From: Octopus vulgaris
Lineage: Eukaryota
DNA length: 64,000 nucleotides
Direction: 5' to 3'
Assembly: GCA_951406725.2 (NCBI GenBank)
Contig: OX597814.1
Span: 116,498,001-116,562,000 of the forward strand
The translations under genes were made by a program, and so were the position numbers. Under the pieces are notes generated by a model that made no database searches, was not told where the DNA came from, and worked only from the letters and a program-made list of their open reading frames with translations. Within the stretch, counting starts at the first letter, position 1. Every line of letters begins with the position of its first letter. Shown in pieces: positions 51,346-64,000 of the stretch.

Positions 51346-51950
51346 AGGCGGCGAGTTGGCAGAAACGTTAGCACGCCGGGCGAAATGCGTAGCAGTATTT
51401 CGTCTGCCGTTATGTTCTGAGTTCAAATTCCGCCGAGGTCGACTTTGCCTTTCATCCTTTCGGGGTAGATAAATTAATTACTAGTTACACACTGGGGTCG
51501 ATGCAATCGACCTAATCCGTTTGTCTGTCCTTCTTTGTCCTCTCTGTGTTTAGCCCCCTGTGGGTAGTAAAGAAATAGGTATTTCGTCTGCCGCTACGTT
51601 CTAAGTTCAAATTCCGCCGAGGTCGACTTTGCCTTTCATCTTTCGGGGTCGATAAATTAAGTACCAGTTATGCACTGGGGCCGATATAATCGTCTTAATC
51701 CCTTTGTCTGTCCTCGTTTAGCCCCTTCTGGGAAATTAAGAAAGAATCTATCGTGGATTCAAATCGTTAGTAATGCTGGGAAAATGCTTAGCGGCATTTC
51801 GTTCATCTTGAGTTCAAATTCTGCCGGGGTCGACTTTGCCCTTCAACCTTTCAGAGTCGTTAAAACATGTTGCAGTGGAGCCCGAGGGTCGATATAACCG
51901 ACTTTTCCCTCTACTAAAATTTCTGGCCTGTTCCAAAATTTGCAAACAAT
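51346..51950 (+). mobile_element. SINE family B dimer plus adjacent decayed copy
   Basis: gtatttcgtctgccg recurs ~183 bp apart via the junction aaataggtatttcgtc. Confidence 0.85.
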
Positions 51951-52063
51951 ATATCTTGGCATTCAGCGTTGCAGCAATATCCCTTATTTACCCGTCAGCA
52001 TACAATTAGTATTTCTCCGGCCCACAGTGTTTGGATTTTAATATTAGTTTAATTTTTGCGCCT

Positions 52064-52398
52064 GAAGGCGCATGGCTCAGTGGTTAGAGCGTCGAGATTA
52101 CGATCGTGAGGTTGTGAGCTCGATTCCCGGACCGGGCTGCGTGTTGTTTCCTTGAGCAAGACACTTTATTTCACGTTGCTCCAGTTAACTCAGCTGTAGA
52201 AATAAGTTGCGACATCACGGGTGCCAAGCTGTCTCGACCCCTTTGCCTTTCCTTTGGATAACATCAGTGGTGTGGATGGGGAGGCTGGTATGCATGGGCG
52301 AGTGCTGGCCTTCCAGAAACAACTTTTCCCGGACTTGTGCCTGGGAGGGTAACTTTCTAGGTGCCATCCAATGGTCATCCATGACCGAAGGGGGTCTA
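52064..52398 (+). mobile_element. tRNA-derived SINE family E (CORE-like box)
   Basis: gaaggcgcatggctcagtggttagagcgtcgag...tcgattcccggaccgg...ccttgagcaagacacttt; second copy at 58477-58812. Confidence 0.85.
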
Positions 52399-52534
52399 AA
52401 TTGCTGTGTATAGTAGGTTGAAACCTGAAATAATTGAGCTGCATTTTACAATAAATAGTTACTATTGCTATTTTCCTTGTTGGTCTCTAATTTAAATTGA
52501 GGAATTAAAATTCAAGCTCAGAGCATGGTATTTA

Positions 52535-52775
52535 TACGGGGTGACCCCCAAAAGATCTACTCACTCTTTGACTTTCCAGTACTCATGCATTTTGTGTTCA
52601 AGTAGATGTTTATTGATATGCATACAATCTTAAAAAGTTAAATTAAATTCAGGAAAATATATTGTTGTAGAAACGATTATTTATTGTCATTTAGAATTAT
52701 TTAAAATAAAAGCAAAACAATACATCAGTAATCGTCCGTCAAAGAGTGAGTACATCTTTTTGGAAAAACTCTGTA
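52535..52775. mobile_element. Tc1/mariner-type MITE
   Basis: Imperfect TIRs tacggggtgacccccaaaagatctactcactctttgac / gtcaaagagtgagtacatctttttggaaaaactctgta with TA ends. Confidence 0.7.
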
Positions 52776-53354
52776 TTTAAGATGTAGTTTATCCGAACTA
52801 CGTTAACCTAGAGGTAGATGTCCATCAATTTGGAAGGAGAACTGACTGCTATTTCTAGTGGGTTGAACAACCAGGCAGCCGCTTCTCCCTTGTCTCATTG
52901 ATATAGTTGCACGATTAAGACATAACTAAAATATTGAAAGCAAACGAAACCAGGGGAATAAAGTACATTGTTTTGCTTAGAGAATATTACATATAATCTG
53001 CATTAGCTTATAAAAAAATAAGAAAGTCCTATTATTCCCTAGTGTAGTTAATTGTATTTACTAGGATTGTCCACTGTTATAGTGTATAGACAAGTTCTGA
53101 ACAGATGTTAGCTTATAGCACATAACTCCAATATATTTCAATATATATAGTTCCGCATAAATCGCTTAGTTTCTTACTCTCGTAAAAGGTTAAACTTGTC
53201 GTCTGGCTCTGCGTGAAAGTGGGAACGTTGCCATACATTTTATGATGACTATAAAGTTATTATTATCTGAGCTAAACAATCATATATGAGTAGTATTGTA
53301 AGCTGCAAAGAAATGAGTTTTCAAATGGGAATTCTTCCCTTTTATGAGTAGAAG

Positions 53355-53380
53355 TATCTATCTATCTATCTATCTATCTT

Positions 53381-53452
<72 letters not shown>
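53355..53452. repeat. (TCTA)n microsatellite
   Basis: Direct inspection. Confidence 0.95.
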
Positions 53453-53453
<1 letters not shown>

Positions 53454-53852
53454 GCGTTAAACTAGTACATATGTTTTTTGATTACAAGCCGTGTTCGTCT
53501 TTTGTTTTTTTTATAAATTCTCCCTATATATATATATACACACATACATTTGTACCGTTTATTTGACAGTCAGCAGACCAGGTGCTGAAGGACTGTAATT
53601 ATAGTTCTAAGAGTGGGATCGTGTCCGTGTGTGTCATAGACGTAGAAATCACACACAAAACATCTACATAAGCACCAATGTATATGTGTTCGTCTTTGTC
53701 TACGCATATTCATACATAAATACATAGGTACGTGTTTGTACATCTATACGCAACACAAACACATACACACACACACACACAACAATGCAAATATACATGA
53801 ATATATGTTATATGTTTTTATGTTTTTGTATATTGGCAGATGAAGATGCATG

Positions 53853-53883
<31 letters not shown>

Positions 53884-55204
53884 GTAATTATGTGTTTGTC
53901 CGTATACATGCATTCATATATATATATTACAAATTGATATTGTCGATTTTTCTGCTTATCCTCGTTCATAAGACGTAGTTTATTTTTTAACGTGTAATCC
54001 AGCCAAGGTTTAATATACTGTTGAATGAATAATGTTTACCAAATAATGTTTACCAGTTAAGTACACCAGTCTGATTTGTAACTCTATCTGAATCTAATAA
54101 AAAAATCTGAAATTATTGTTGCTACCAACACAAACACAAACAAAAGCCACGTATCTGAATTTTTTAGTGACTGTACACATTTTAATCTATGAAATTCCAT
54201 AAATCACACTGAAAGAATAATAGGCCAAACTGCACAATTATTGAACAAAAGCTACAGTGTTGTCTCCGGTTAGAACCAAGTATAAACTCATCTTGTAAAT
54301 CAAATTATACTCTTATACACTCTAATAAAATGATAAAACCGGTTTCGAAGTATGCTATTTCAAAGTTACAGGAAAATCTTCGTAAAAATATATTTGATAT
54401 TCTCTATAAATATATGGAATGGTTCCACAGCGATTGTACTTATGAACACTCACACACACACACACATATACACACACACAAACACACACATATACACACA
54501 CAACACACACACACACACATTCACACACACAAACTCACAATTGTACGTAAACAAGCATCCAAATAAATATTTGCTAAAATGTGTCCCACTTCAGTTGTCT
54601 ATATGCTTTCTGCTTTGTTCACGACTTTCCCAGTATATATAGAGACACACCCGTAGGCACACACGCACACAAAAATCATACACACACGCATATATTTTGA
54701 ATGAGTGATGCAGAAACGGAGTGTAACTAATAGTTTTATAAGCACAAAAATCGTTTCGACTTCGTTCTGCATATACATACATACATACATACGTACGTAC
54801 GTACATACACACATACATACATGCATAAATACATACATAAATACGTACATACATAAACACATACATACATAAACACACATACATACATACTTACATACAT
54901 ACATACATATACACATACATACATATATATATACATACACACACATACATAAACATACATACATACACATACATACAAACATACATACATACATACATAC
55001 ATACATACATACATACATACATACATACATACATACATGCATGCATACATACATACATATATAAATACATGCATGCAAAAATATCCTGTTGTTGATGCCG
55101 AAATTTCAATGAAGGAACCTTGGATCTGGGTTAGAAACCGCGTATTTCTCTATTGACAAGAAATCTTGAAATAAACTGAATAATGACACACATATGTAAA
55201 GAAT

Positions 55205-56790
55205 ATGCATGAGATGGAAAGGAGCCTTGACCTAGTTACAACATTCTTAAATGATGTAGGTTTGGAATTTGGTCAGGAAAAATGTTGTTATATGGTCGTG
55301 AAAAAGGAGAAAACTATAAATGTTACAGGAATGTGTGGGTGGATGAAAATATATCTTACACCTGTAAAAACACACGTGTCGCTAAAGAATATTGCAGCCG
55401 AATAAAGAAAATGTGGACCTCAGAAGTCTCTGCATTCAATAAAACAGTGACCTGTAATGTGTTTGCAGTTCCAGTACTCATACCAACATTTGGGCTGCTT
55501 CATTGGGAGCTTGATGAGATCGGAATCATTGATGTGAAAACCCAAAAGCTACTAACAAGCACACATAATTTCCACATAAACAGTGACGTAGACTGCCTCT
55601 ACCTAAACGAAACCAAGGCAGCAGAGGCTTAACATCGATCCAAAATGCTTTTGAATGTTGTATCATATCCCCTCGGCAATATATTTTAACCACCAAGTGT
55701 CAAAGGGCATCCTTCGTCCAAAGTTTGCATACATGAGGCTGATAACATCATAAGACTTGGAATGCAGATCCTTGAGCAGCATTCTTTGTCTCATAAGATA
55801 GAATACATGCCCAAAGAAGTCGCTCCACTCTACCGCAACATATCCTCGGATGACAGGATGAGCATATATGAGTAGAAGACTATGCATGGATATGATAGTT
55901 GAAAGCTCCGTGATGATAGTAACATCGGTCATCAAAGCAGTTGATCATGGACTAATAGCCGGAATACTACCTCCCACATTGAATGGTATGCGATTGCAAG
56001 CCAAGAACATTAAATATTAACCAGGTAACTGATGCACAAAAGGGATAGAGATGCAGGTAAAGCCGTAAAATGTGACAATCGATGCAGACTTGTGGAGTTC
56101 ACACTGAAAATATCATCCACATAATAAACATTTGTCCGAAAATGCTGTCACGGTATTATCTACAACTTTGCTAGGAGACTCTATAATGAAATCCGTAGGA
56201 AGGATAATCCAGAGGCCAAAGAAATAAGAACCCACAGTATGGTAGAAGGCGTATCCACTGATAATAAAAAGGAATGCTGGTGGAATGTCCCAGTGAAGAC
56301 CTCAATAAAATGTAAGCACAACAGACCTGATATAATGATTTGGGATAGAGAAGATAAACTGTGCACAGTTGTGGAAATTAGGTGCCCAGCAGATGTTAAC
56401 ATAAAGCTGAAGATCAATGAAAAAGAGAACACCTATACTGAACTATTGAAAAATCTGCAGTTATTCTCACCAGATTACAAGTTCACCTTTAGACCTGTAA
56501 AGCTTCTCAAAACCTGAAAGTAGAAAGCTAATTCAAAGACTACAGATCCAATCGCTCACTGGAAGTGTAAAAATCTGTAAAGCTTTCCACAGGTTTATCA
56601 TTTAAATATATATGAACATGTCTAGATATGTAACTATACGCATAAGAATATATACATAAACCATACAAATCTGCTCATACATACAAACAAAAATACACTG
56701 TTGTTGGTTTTGAAATTCCAGTGAAGGACACTTCGATCTAGACCAGAAACCGGTTCTTCATAGCCACAAAATCTTGAAATAAACTGAATA
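55205..56790 (+). mobile_element. R4/Dong-like LINE (restriction-like endonuclease), 5'-truncated and degraded
   Basis: GLEFGQEKC; SAFNK...FAVPVLIPTFGLLHW...IDVKTQKLLT; CDNRCRL zinc knuckle; WWNVPVKT..CKHNRPDIMIWDREDKLCTVVEIRCP (PD..E endonuclease); flanked by (CATA)n. Confidence 0.85.
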
Positions 56791-56954
56791 ACGTCATGCA
56801 TGAATACATACATGCATACATACATACATGCATACATACATACATAGATATACATATATGTGTGTATGCGTATATATATATATATATGCATACATACATA
56901 CATACATACATGCATACATACATACATACATATATACATATGTATATATATATA

Positions 56955-57333
<379 letters not shown>

Positions 57334-57777
57334 TATATATATAATATATATATATATACATATATATATATGTATATATATATACGTTTATTATTCGAAG
57401 TGTACATTACTAAATATCCATTACAGCCCATCTTACCAATCGGTTTCTCTCTAGGGATTCAATTGTGTGTTACATAATAATCCGATTATGTAACCCTGCG
57501 CTCAGGTGACAATCTATTGTGTCTCCCTACTGCAAAACCGATTGGTAAGTGCGACCTTAATGGATATGCAATATTCTACACCTTGAATAATACACTCACT
57601 CTCTTGAGAGATATACGAGTGCATTTTTTCTGAGCACGCACACACACAAACACACACACGCATACACACACACTCAAAAAAAAAAAACAGATACACACGC
57701 ACAAACATGCACACACACACAGACACACAAACACATACATCTCTCTCTCTCTCTTTATCTTTCTGTCTTTCCGTGTG

Positions 57778-57814
<37 letters not shown>

Positions 57815-57819
57815 ATGTA

Positions 57820-57883
<64 letters not shown>

Positions 57884-57899
57884 ATATATATATAACTTA

Positions 57900-58108
57900 T
57901 AAATAAGGGCAAACGAAAAATTCCTAATGCCAAGAATGCCGAAAATTGGACATATTGTCCATTACCATATACTTTTTCACAATACGCGCGCTACTCGAAA
58001 AAAAGACGACAGAAATTTCAAAAAAATTCCATTACCATATCAGACCGATTTCAGGGTTAGTTCGTAAGAACCCTCCCTTAAATATGGCAAAGAAATAAAT
58101 GAGATACT

Positions 58109-58155
<47 letters not shown>

Positions 58156-58430
58156 GTGTGTGTGTGTGTATGTCTGTATATAATAGGGAATATAATTCCA
58201 AAACTTACAGGGAAAAATTCAATTTAACAATTTTAAATCAAATTTCACAATATATAATATATGTAAATATATTTGAAAATATAACCATGAAACGCGCGTA
58301 GTCTTTTTATTACTATTTACTATTTATTGCACTTTACTGACCTTTAGAATAAGGTTTTCATAGTATACGTTTTCTATATGGTGTAAATAACATCTGTCAT
58401 TATTGAATTGTTTAATAGAGGTTTTTTCTC
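57900..58430 (-). mobile_element. PLE pLTR-like fragments with degenerate hammerhead
   Basis: Minus 58087-58033: ccatatttaaggg agggtt-cttacgaact-aaccct GAAA tcg GTC tgatatgg (stems present, core altered). Confidence 0.45.
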
Positions 58431-58476
58431 TTAATTATATACATACATACATATATATATATATGTGTGTGTGTGT

Positions 58477-58812
58477 GAAGGCACATGGCTCAGTGGTTAG
58501 AGCGTCGAGCTTACGATCTTGAAGTTGTGAGTTCGTTACCTGGACCGAGCTGCGTGGTGTGTTCTTGAGCAAGACACTTTATTTAACGTTGCTTCACTTA
58601 ACTCACCTGTAGAAATGAGCTACGACGTCATAGGTGCCAAGCTTTATCGGCCTTTGCCTTTCCCTTGGATAACACTGGTGGCATGGAGCGGGGAGGCGGT
58701 ATGCATGGGCGGCTGCTGGTCTTTCATAAACAACCTTGCCCGGACTTGTGCCTGGGAGGGTAACTTAGTAGCTGCAATCCCATGGTCATTCATGACTGAA
58801 AGGTGTCCCCGA
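58477..58812 (+). mobile_element. SINE family E
   Basis: Matches 52064-52398. Confidence 0.85.
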
Positions 58813-58836
58813 TAGGTGTATATATATACATACATA

Positions 58837-60887
58837 TACAGGGTACGTAACATATTTGAGCACAGATTTAGGTTTATAAAACAAAATCATTTATATAAGA
58901 GATAATTTTAGTTATCAAAAAATACTAAAAGGTTAAAAACAAATCTTTTCTATAATGTTACTGAATAAAGCCACATTCAGGTTCAACAACCGCTTCTATA
59001 TGAGGTTTAATTTGTGTGCATGCTCGAATCAAGAGATCCCGGTTCATTTTGGACATTAATCTGACTATGGCAGCTTTCAAACTATCTTTGGTGTCATGGG
59101 CTTTTTCATTGACCTCTCTCTCAACAACACTCCACATGTAATAGTCCAATGGATTAAGATCTGGGGAATTAGGAGGACAAATGTTAGGGGTTATGTGATC
59201 ATGAACATTTTTAGCTATCCATTCCTGTGTTACTAGAGCCATGTGTGCTAGTAAAGATTCTTACTGAAACACATATGGCTTTCCTTGTCAAACACTGTCT
59301 ATTCCGGGCTTAACAATTATTTCCAGGACCTCAACGTAGGCAGCAGAGTTTGCTCGAAGAGGTTCTAGAAAGAAATCAGGAGGCATTGCATATCATTCAT
59401 TGCTGACAACTCCCAAAGCCATGACAATTGCAGGAAATGTTGTATGCATTACTCTTGGAACTTCCGAAGGGACTATACATAACCATCTGTCATTTCCTCT
59501 CTTTTACTCTTTTACTCTTTTACTTGTTTCAGTCATTTGACAGCGGTCATGCTGGAGCACCGCTTTTAGTCGAGCAAATCGACCCCAGGACTTATTCTTC
59601 GTAAGCCTAGTACTTATTCTATCGGTCTCTTTTGCCAAACCGCTAAATTAGGGGGACTTAAACACACTAGCATCGGTTGTGAAACGATGTTGGAGGGACA
59701 AACACAGACACACAAACATATACACGCACATACATATATATACATATATACGACGGGGTTCTTTCCGTTTCCGTCTACCAGATCCACTCACAAAGATTTG
59801 GTCGGCCCGAGGCTATAGCAGAAGACAGTTGGCCAAAGTGCCACGCAGTGGGACTGATCCCGGAACCATGTGTTTGGTAAGCAAGCTACTTACCACACAG
59901 CTACACCTCTGTTTTCTTTCTGATCTTGCTCAAAAGATTTTCTCGTCTGAGAAGAACCAAATAACATCTTTTCTGCTGGGTTTTTAAGTTTGTTCAGGAG
60001 ACTTTTAGATCTGATAAAGCGATTTACCTTTACTGTCTCTCACATGAAATGACCTTTTCTCATCGCATAAAATTTGTATCTGATGTCTATGTGGACAACA
60101 TTTCTGACACATGGTGTTCCTTTGCAATCAACCTCATGGATCGCCTGTTAACTCTGTGTAAAGAAGTAAGGAGGCATCACATATCCGTCATTGCTGACAA
60201 CCCCGAAAACCATGACAGTTGCAGGAAATTTTGTATGCATAACACTTGTAACTTCAGAAGGGTCTGCACATAACCATTTGTCATTTCTTCTGTTAACTTT
60301 TTGATCTTGATCGCACTTTTTCCCATTTGAGAAATACCAAATCAAATCTTCTGCTGGATTTTTCAGTTAGTTTAAGAGGCTTTAAGACCTGATGTAGTGA
60401 TTTGTTTTGCTTTTTCTGACAAATTGACCTTTCCTCATCATATAAGACTTTTATCTGATGTCTTCGTGGACTCTATTTCTGACTGTTCCTTCTGACACAC
60501 GGACAACTTTTGCAACTGACCTCATGGACTTCCTGGAATTGTACTCAATGGTCTGTTTAACTTATTGGATAAATTCAGGTGTTCTGATTATTTCAGAGCG
60601 TTTAGAATGCGTTTTATGCTTTGATACTGGTGATATATTTCCATCATCAGTATCTACCTCCTTAAAAACTTTACAGACAAAAGATCTGGCAACTTTTATA
60701 AATCGAGATATTTCTAAATCGCTATGCTCAGCCTTTATAATCACAATAAGAGCATGCTTCTTCATTTCGCGAGTAAGGTGCGGGTCTGTCATTATTATTT
60801 TCTGAAACGAAGATTATACAGAGTTAGTAAAAAATACAGCAATGACCCAAAAACATATGCCCACAAAAACATTACGCACCCTCTGTA
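58837..60887 (-). mobile_element. Tc1/mariner-superfamily transposon relic with internal duplication and nested SINE A (59500-59905)
   Basis: Imperfect TIRs tacagggtacgtaacatatttgagcacagattt / catatgcccacaaaaacattacgcaccctctgta. N-terminal HTH ORF 60562-60792, FSDEK, VMVFGVVSNDG and PPNSPDLNPLDYYMWSVVEREVN. Confidence 0.85.
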
Positions 60888-60899
60888 TGTATATATATA

Positions 60900-61100
60900 T
60901 ATTTCGTTTTGGGATTTGGTTTGCAAGATTCGTTATATGAGTTCGTGTGTTGAAGCATATTCTGTTGTGTCTGGGGAGAGTCAATTTCTTTTTGTGCGTT
61001 ATAACGTAACACACTCACCGGTAAAATTTCCACTTTTTTATTATTTTTATTTTCCTAAAATTTTCGTTGCGTCTTGCAACCTTTTCAATAGTTTTGATAT
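60900..61100 (-). repeat. PLE pLTR-like repeat
   Basis: Minus strand: cta ttgaaaa g gttgc-aagac-gcaac GAAA attt TA gg (degenerate hammerhead); starts at (TA)n. Confidence 0.45.
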
Positions 61101-61109
61101 TTACACTGC

Positions 61110-62020
61110 AACACACCTTCCCCGAAAATACTGCCTTACATATTCACATACAACCTCAGAAACAAAGCAGCTTTCATTATCATTATCCAGAATTTACCGA
61201 TGCTTCATAAGGACCCCAAATTACAGGAAATTCTAAACATACATAAAATCATTAAAAGCCACAAACAACCTAAATCACTAAAAAAGATCCTCACAAAGGC
61301 AAAATTGTTTTTTGAAATAACGGATGAAAAAGTAAAAAAAATGTGGTTGACCAAATTGCGAAACATGTCCAAACCTTCTAGAAGGTTCAGAATTCTTCTT
61401 CAAAGAGGGACAAAAATTCAAGATCAAATCGAATTTTACTTGTGCTTCAGAAAATCTAATTTATGTCATAAGATGCTCGGGCTGCCACCTAAACTATATA
61501 GGGTCCACGGGATTATCGATCAGACGCAGGTGCACTCCACATCGACAACAGGTTGCATTCCTAGAATACCGAATGATACTCTTTTGTGAACATATTGAGA
61601 AATGTGCAAAGCAACTACTACCACAATTTTTAATGTTTCCATTCTATCAATGTGCTATTGGAACATCAACACAAATTAGATTAAATAAGGAAACATTTTT
61701 CATTGAAAATTATAAACCAAAACTTAAACATTTCTAACATTTGTATACAAGGAAACTCATCTCATTGAAAAAGATATAAAGCGATTATCTTCCCCATACC
61801 TGAAGAAATCCCTGATTACCTTCTCCTGCCTGGAACTCTTCACTTCATAGCGAAGACAAGACACGATGTAGGTAAAGAAATTTGAGAAATTTGAAAAGAA
61901 AATACGAAACCGGTTATTTCTCCCAAATCTATGTTACTATACCCAAAATGTTTCTAACATAACGACTTAAATATATTCTTTAACCTTATAACACAAGCCT
62001 TCTGTAGTTTTTTCACTCTT
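61110..62020 (+). mobile_element. Penelope-like element 3' portion (GIY-YIG endonuclease)
   Basis: KIIKSHKQPKSLKKILTKAK; after a frameshift C..C...FKIKSNFTCASENLIYVIRCSGCHLNYIGSTGLSIRRR...H...RLNKETFFIENYKPKL (IY-YIG and E...PKL motifs). The UTR has CTGAAGA and GAAACCGGTTA and ends in (TA)n. Confidence 0.9.
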
Positions 62021-62023
62021 TTG

Positions 62024-62070
<47 letters not shown>

Positions 62071-62362
62071 AATAGGTTTGAAAAGGAAGAGACTCAATGG
62101 AGAGATTCAATGGATATAAATTCATTTATTAATTATTTACAATTGTTTCCCTTCGCACTAAAAACATACATAATAATATTAGTTTGCTTTTTGAGTATTC
62201 TGGTCAAAAAGGACATTATAGAGTTTAAGTTTTGATCAGTTGAAATACTCCAGCACAAACATACATACACACACACACACTATACACACACACGCATAAA
62301 TGCATATATGTGCGCGCGCGTGTGCATATATATTCATTATTTTTTTTAATTCTCGAATTTTC

Positions 62363-62486
62363 ATAATTTACAATTATACGTGAATTTATTACAAAAATAA
62401 TTTACAATTATTTGTGAATTTATTACAATTATAATTTACAATTATATGCAATTCCCGTACTTTGCAATTATATGTGAATTTTATTC
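62363..62486. repeat. ~34-bp AT-rich minisatellite (~3.5 copies)
   Basis: Unit ataatttacaattat..gtgaatttattacaa. Confidence 0.7.
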
Positions 62487-63757
62487 GTTTTTTTTAAAAT
62501 AATATATTTTATTTTTATTCGTGACCTAATATTCTTTCTCTCTATAAACTAGCCACTTCTGCTAGTGCTTTCTCAACTTCCTCATGTTCATATTATGATT
62601 CCTGATTTTTTATTTCATTCCATGTACCATTAATTTTTCTAACAGACTTCACTCCCAATGTGCGATAGCAGGAATGACCCGATATTAGATTTAAATTGAC
62701 CACGAGCGTAAGAGCCCTATATTAAATTTCTATACACCAACTCGATAGTCTTTGACCTGAAAACAAAACGGATATTTTTGAGTGTGATGCCCCAGTGTCA
62801 CACACTAATGTTTATATTACTCTCTCCTTTCTGATTTCTTGCCATCGCTTGCATCTTCTTCCATCTCATGCCTCCCTTCACTTTTCTTTCTCTCCCTTTC
62901 CCACTCCCTTTTCTATCCCTTTGCATCTTTTAAGTCCTTCTTTCCCAACTCATCACTTCTCTTCTTTTCTCTTTGTCTTTCTTCCTCTCTCTTTATATGT
63001 ATTGCTTCTCTTCGTTCCCCTTCCCATGCACGTATCGTTCCTTATGTGTTCTCCTTCGTTCTCGCCAAAAAACGACTCTGGTGAGGGTAACTTTAATTCT
63101 TTAACGGACCTCAAATGACTACTGGAAAGTGTTATAAGTCAATTTTAATGCAGTAAAGAAATATGTACTGACAATTATATATATATGATATATGGGTGTG
63201 TGCGTGCCTGCGTGTGTCTGTGTGTATACATTATTGATTCTCCCAGTGACTGTGAAGCGTGATAAGTCGGACATACACTTTGAACGAACATGTAGAGGGA
63301 CAAATGATTGTACAAACACGTGTGCTCTTAATGATATTCTTAAGCAGAATCGAAGTGAGAAGGCGATGAATGTTGACATTTGAATTTAAACTGCAGTTCA
63401 TTCGGTATGCTTCTAAATAATCTCTGTCCACCTAATGTCACTCATAAAATTTGGGACTTCCTGAGGTTTTGGTAAATACACTTCAGAAGACAGTAGTTTT
63501 ATCGAAATTGGGAGTATAGTGATTGCAATGCGAAATTATTAATAATTAATTTATGCCTGCATCCGCAGACACACAGCAAATACAAGTTCAAAATGCATAT
63601 ATGTATATGGACACTGAATGCTATACATAGATTAAATATATATATATATCTGCTACAGCATAGCCACAGCCTCTGGGCTGAAACACAAAGGCTAAAAGGA
63701 TAAAACAATATATATATATGTATACATGGGTGTGTATGCATTTGTTAAATGTTTTAC

Positions 63758-63794
<37 letters not shown>

Positions 63795-64000
63795 CATTTA
63801 TCTATCTATAAATGTATTTATATTTCTATCTATTTATCTATATATGGATACATTCATATAGTGGTATGTAAGTGTATATATGCACAGATACACAGAGAGA
63901 CACAAACACACACATATTCACAGGAAAGTGTTCTTTATTGTCGACCAATGAGAAAGGAAATACAATTCTTGGAGAAGAATTCAAAATGCGATGATTAACG

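Noticed and set aside
56715-56765. Hammerhead in the R4/Dong 3' UTR (ccagtgaa...GAAACCGGTTC)
   Set aside because: The CUGAnGA core is absent in both copies of this UTR.
63230-63383. Possible terminal exon (ttctcccag|TG ACT GTG...TGA)
   Set aside because: Short, no recognisable domain and no partner exons; needs RNA-seq.

Overview
AT-rich, microsatellite-dense eukaryotic DNA, intergenic or deep intronic. The repeat families (tRNA-head SINEs, Penelope-like termini, abundant (TA)n/(CATA)n/(CA)n) suggest an octopod cephalopod; this is an inference from pattern recognition, not a database result. I found no convincing host protein-coding exon. Almost all listed ORFs are microsatellite artefacts or transposon relics. 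Contents: a ~3.7 kb Helitron with a PIF1-like helicase ORF, no Rep domain and a multiplied 3' end; two non-autonomous Helitrons; several Penelope-like (GIY-YIG) fragments; RTE, L1/Tx1-like and R4/Dong-like LINE fragments; Tc1/mariner relics and a MITE; more than 25 SINE copies. The most striking unexplained structure is a series of short fold-back (inverted-repeat) elements in or next to (TA)n tracts. Their arms carry minimal type-I hammerhead ribozyme motifs pointing outward on opposite strands; the cleanest are at ~24.1-24.3 kb and ~49.0-49.3 kb. Coordinates were counted by hand and may be off by a few bases.
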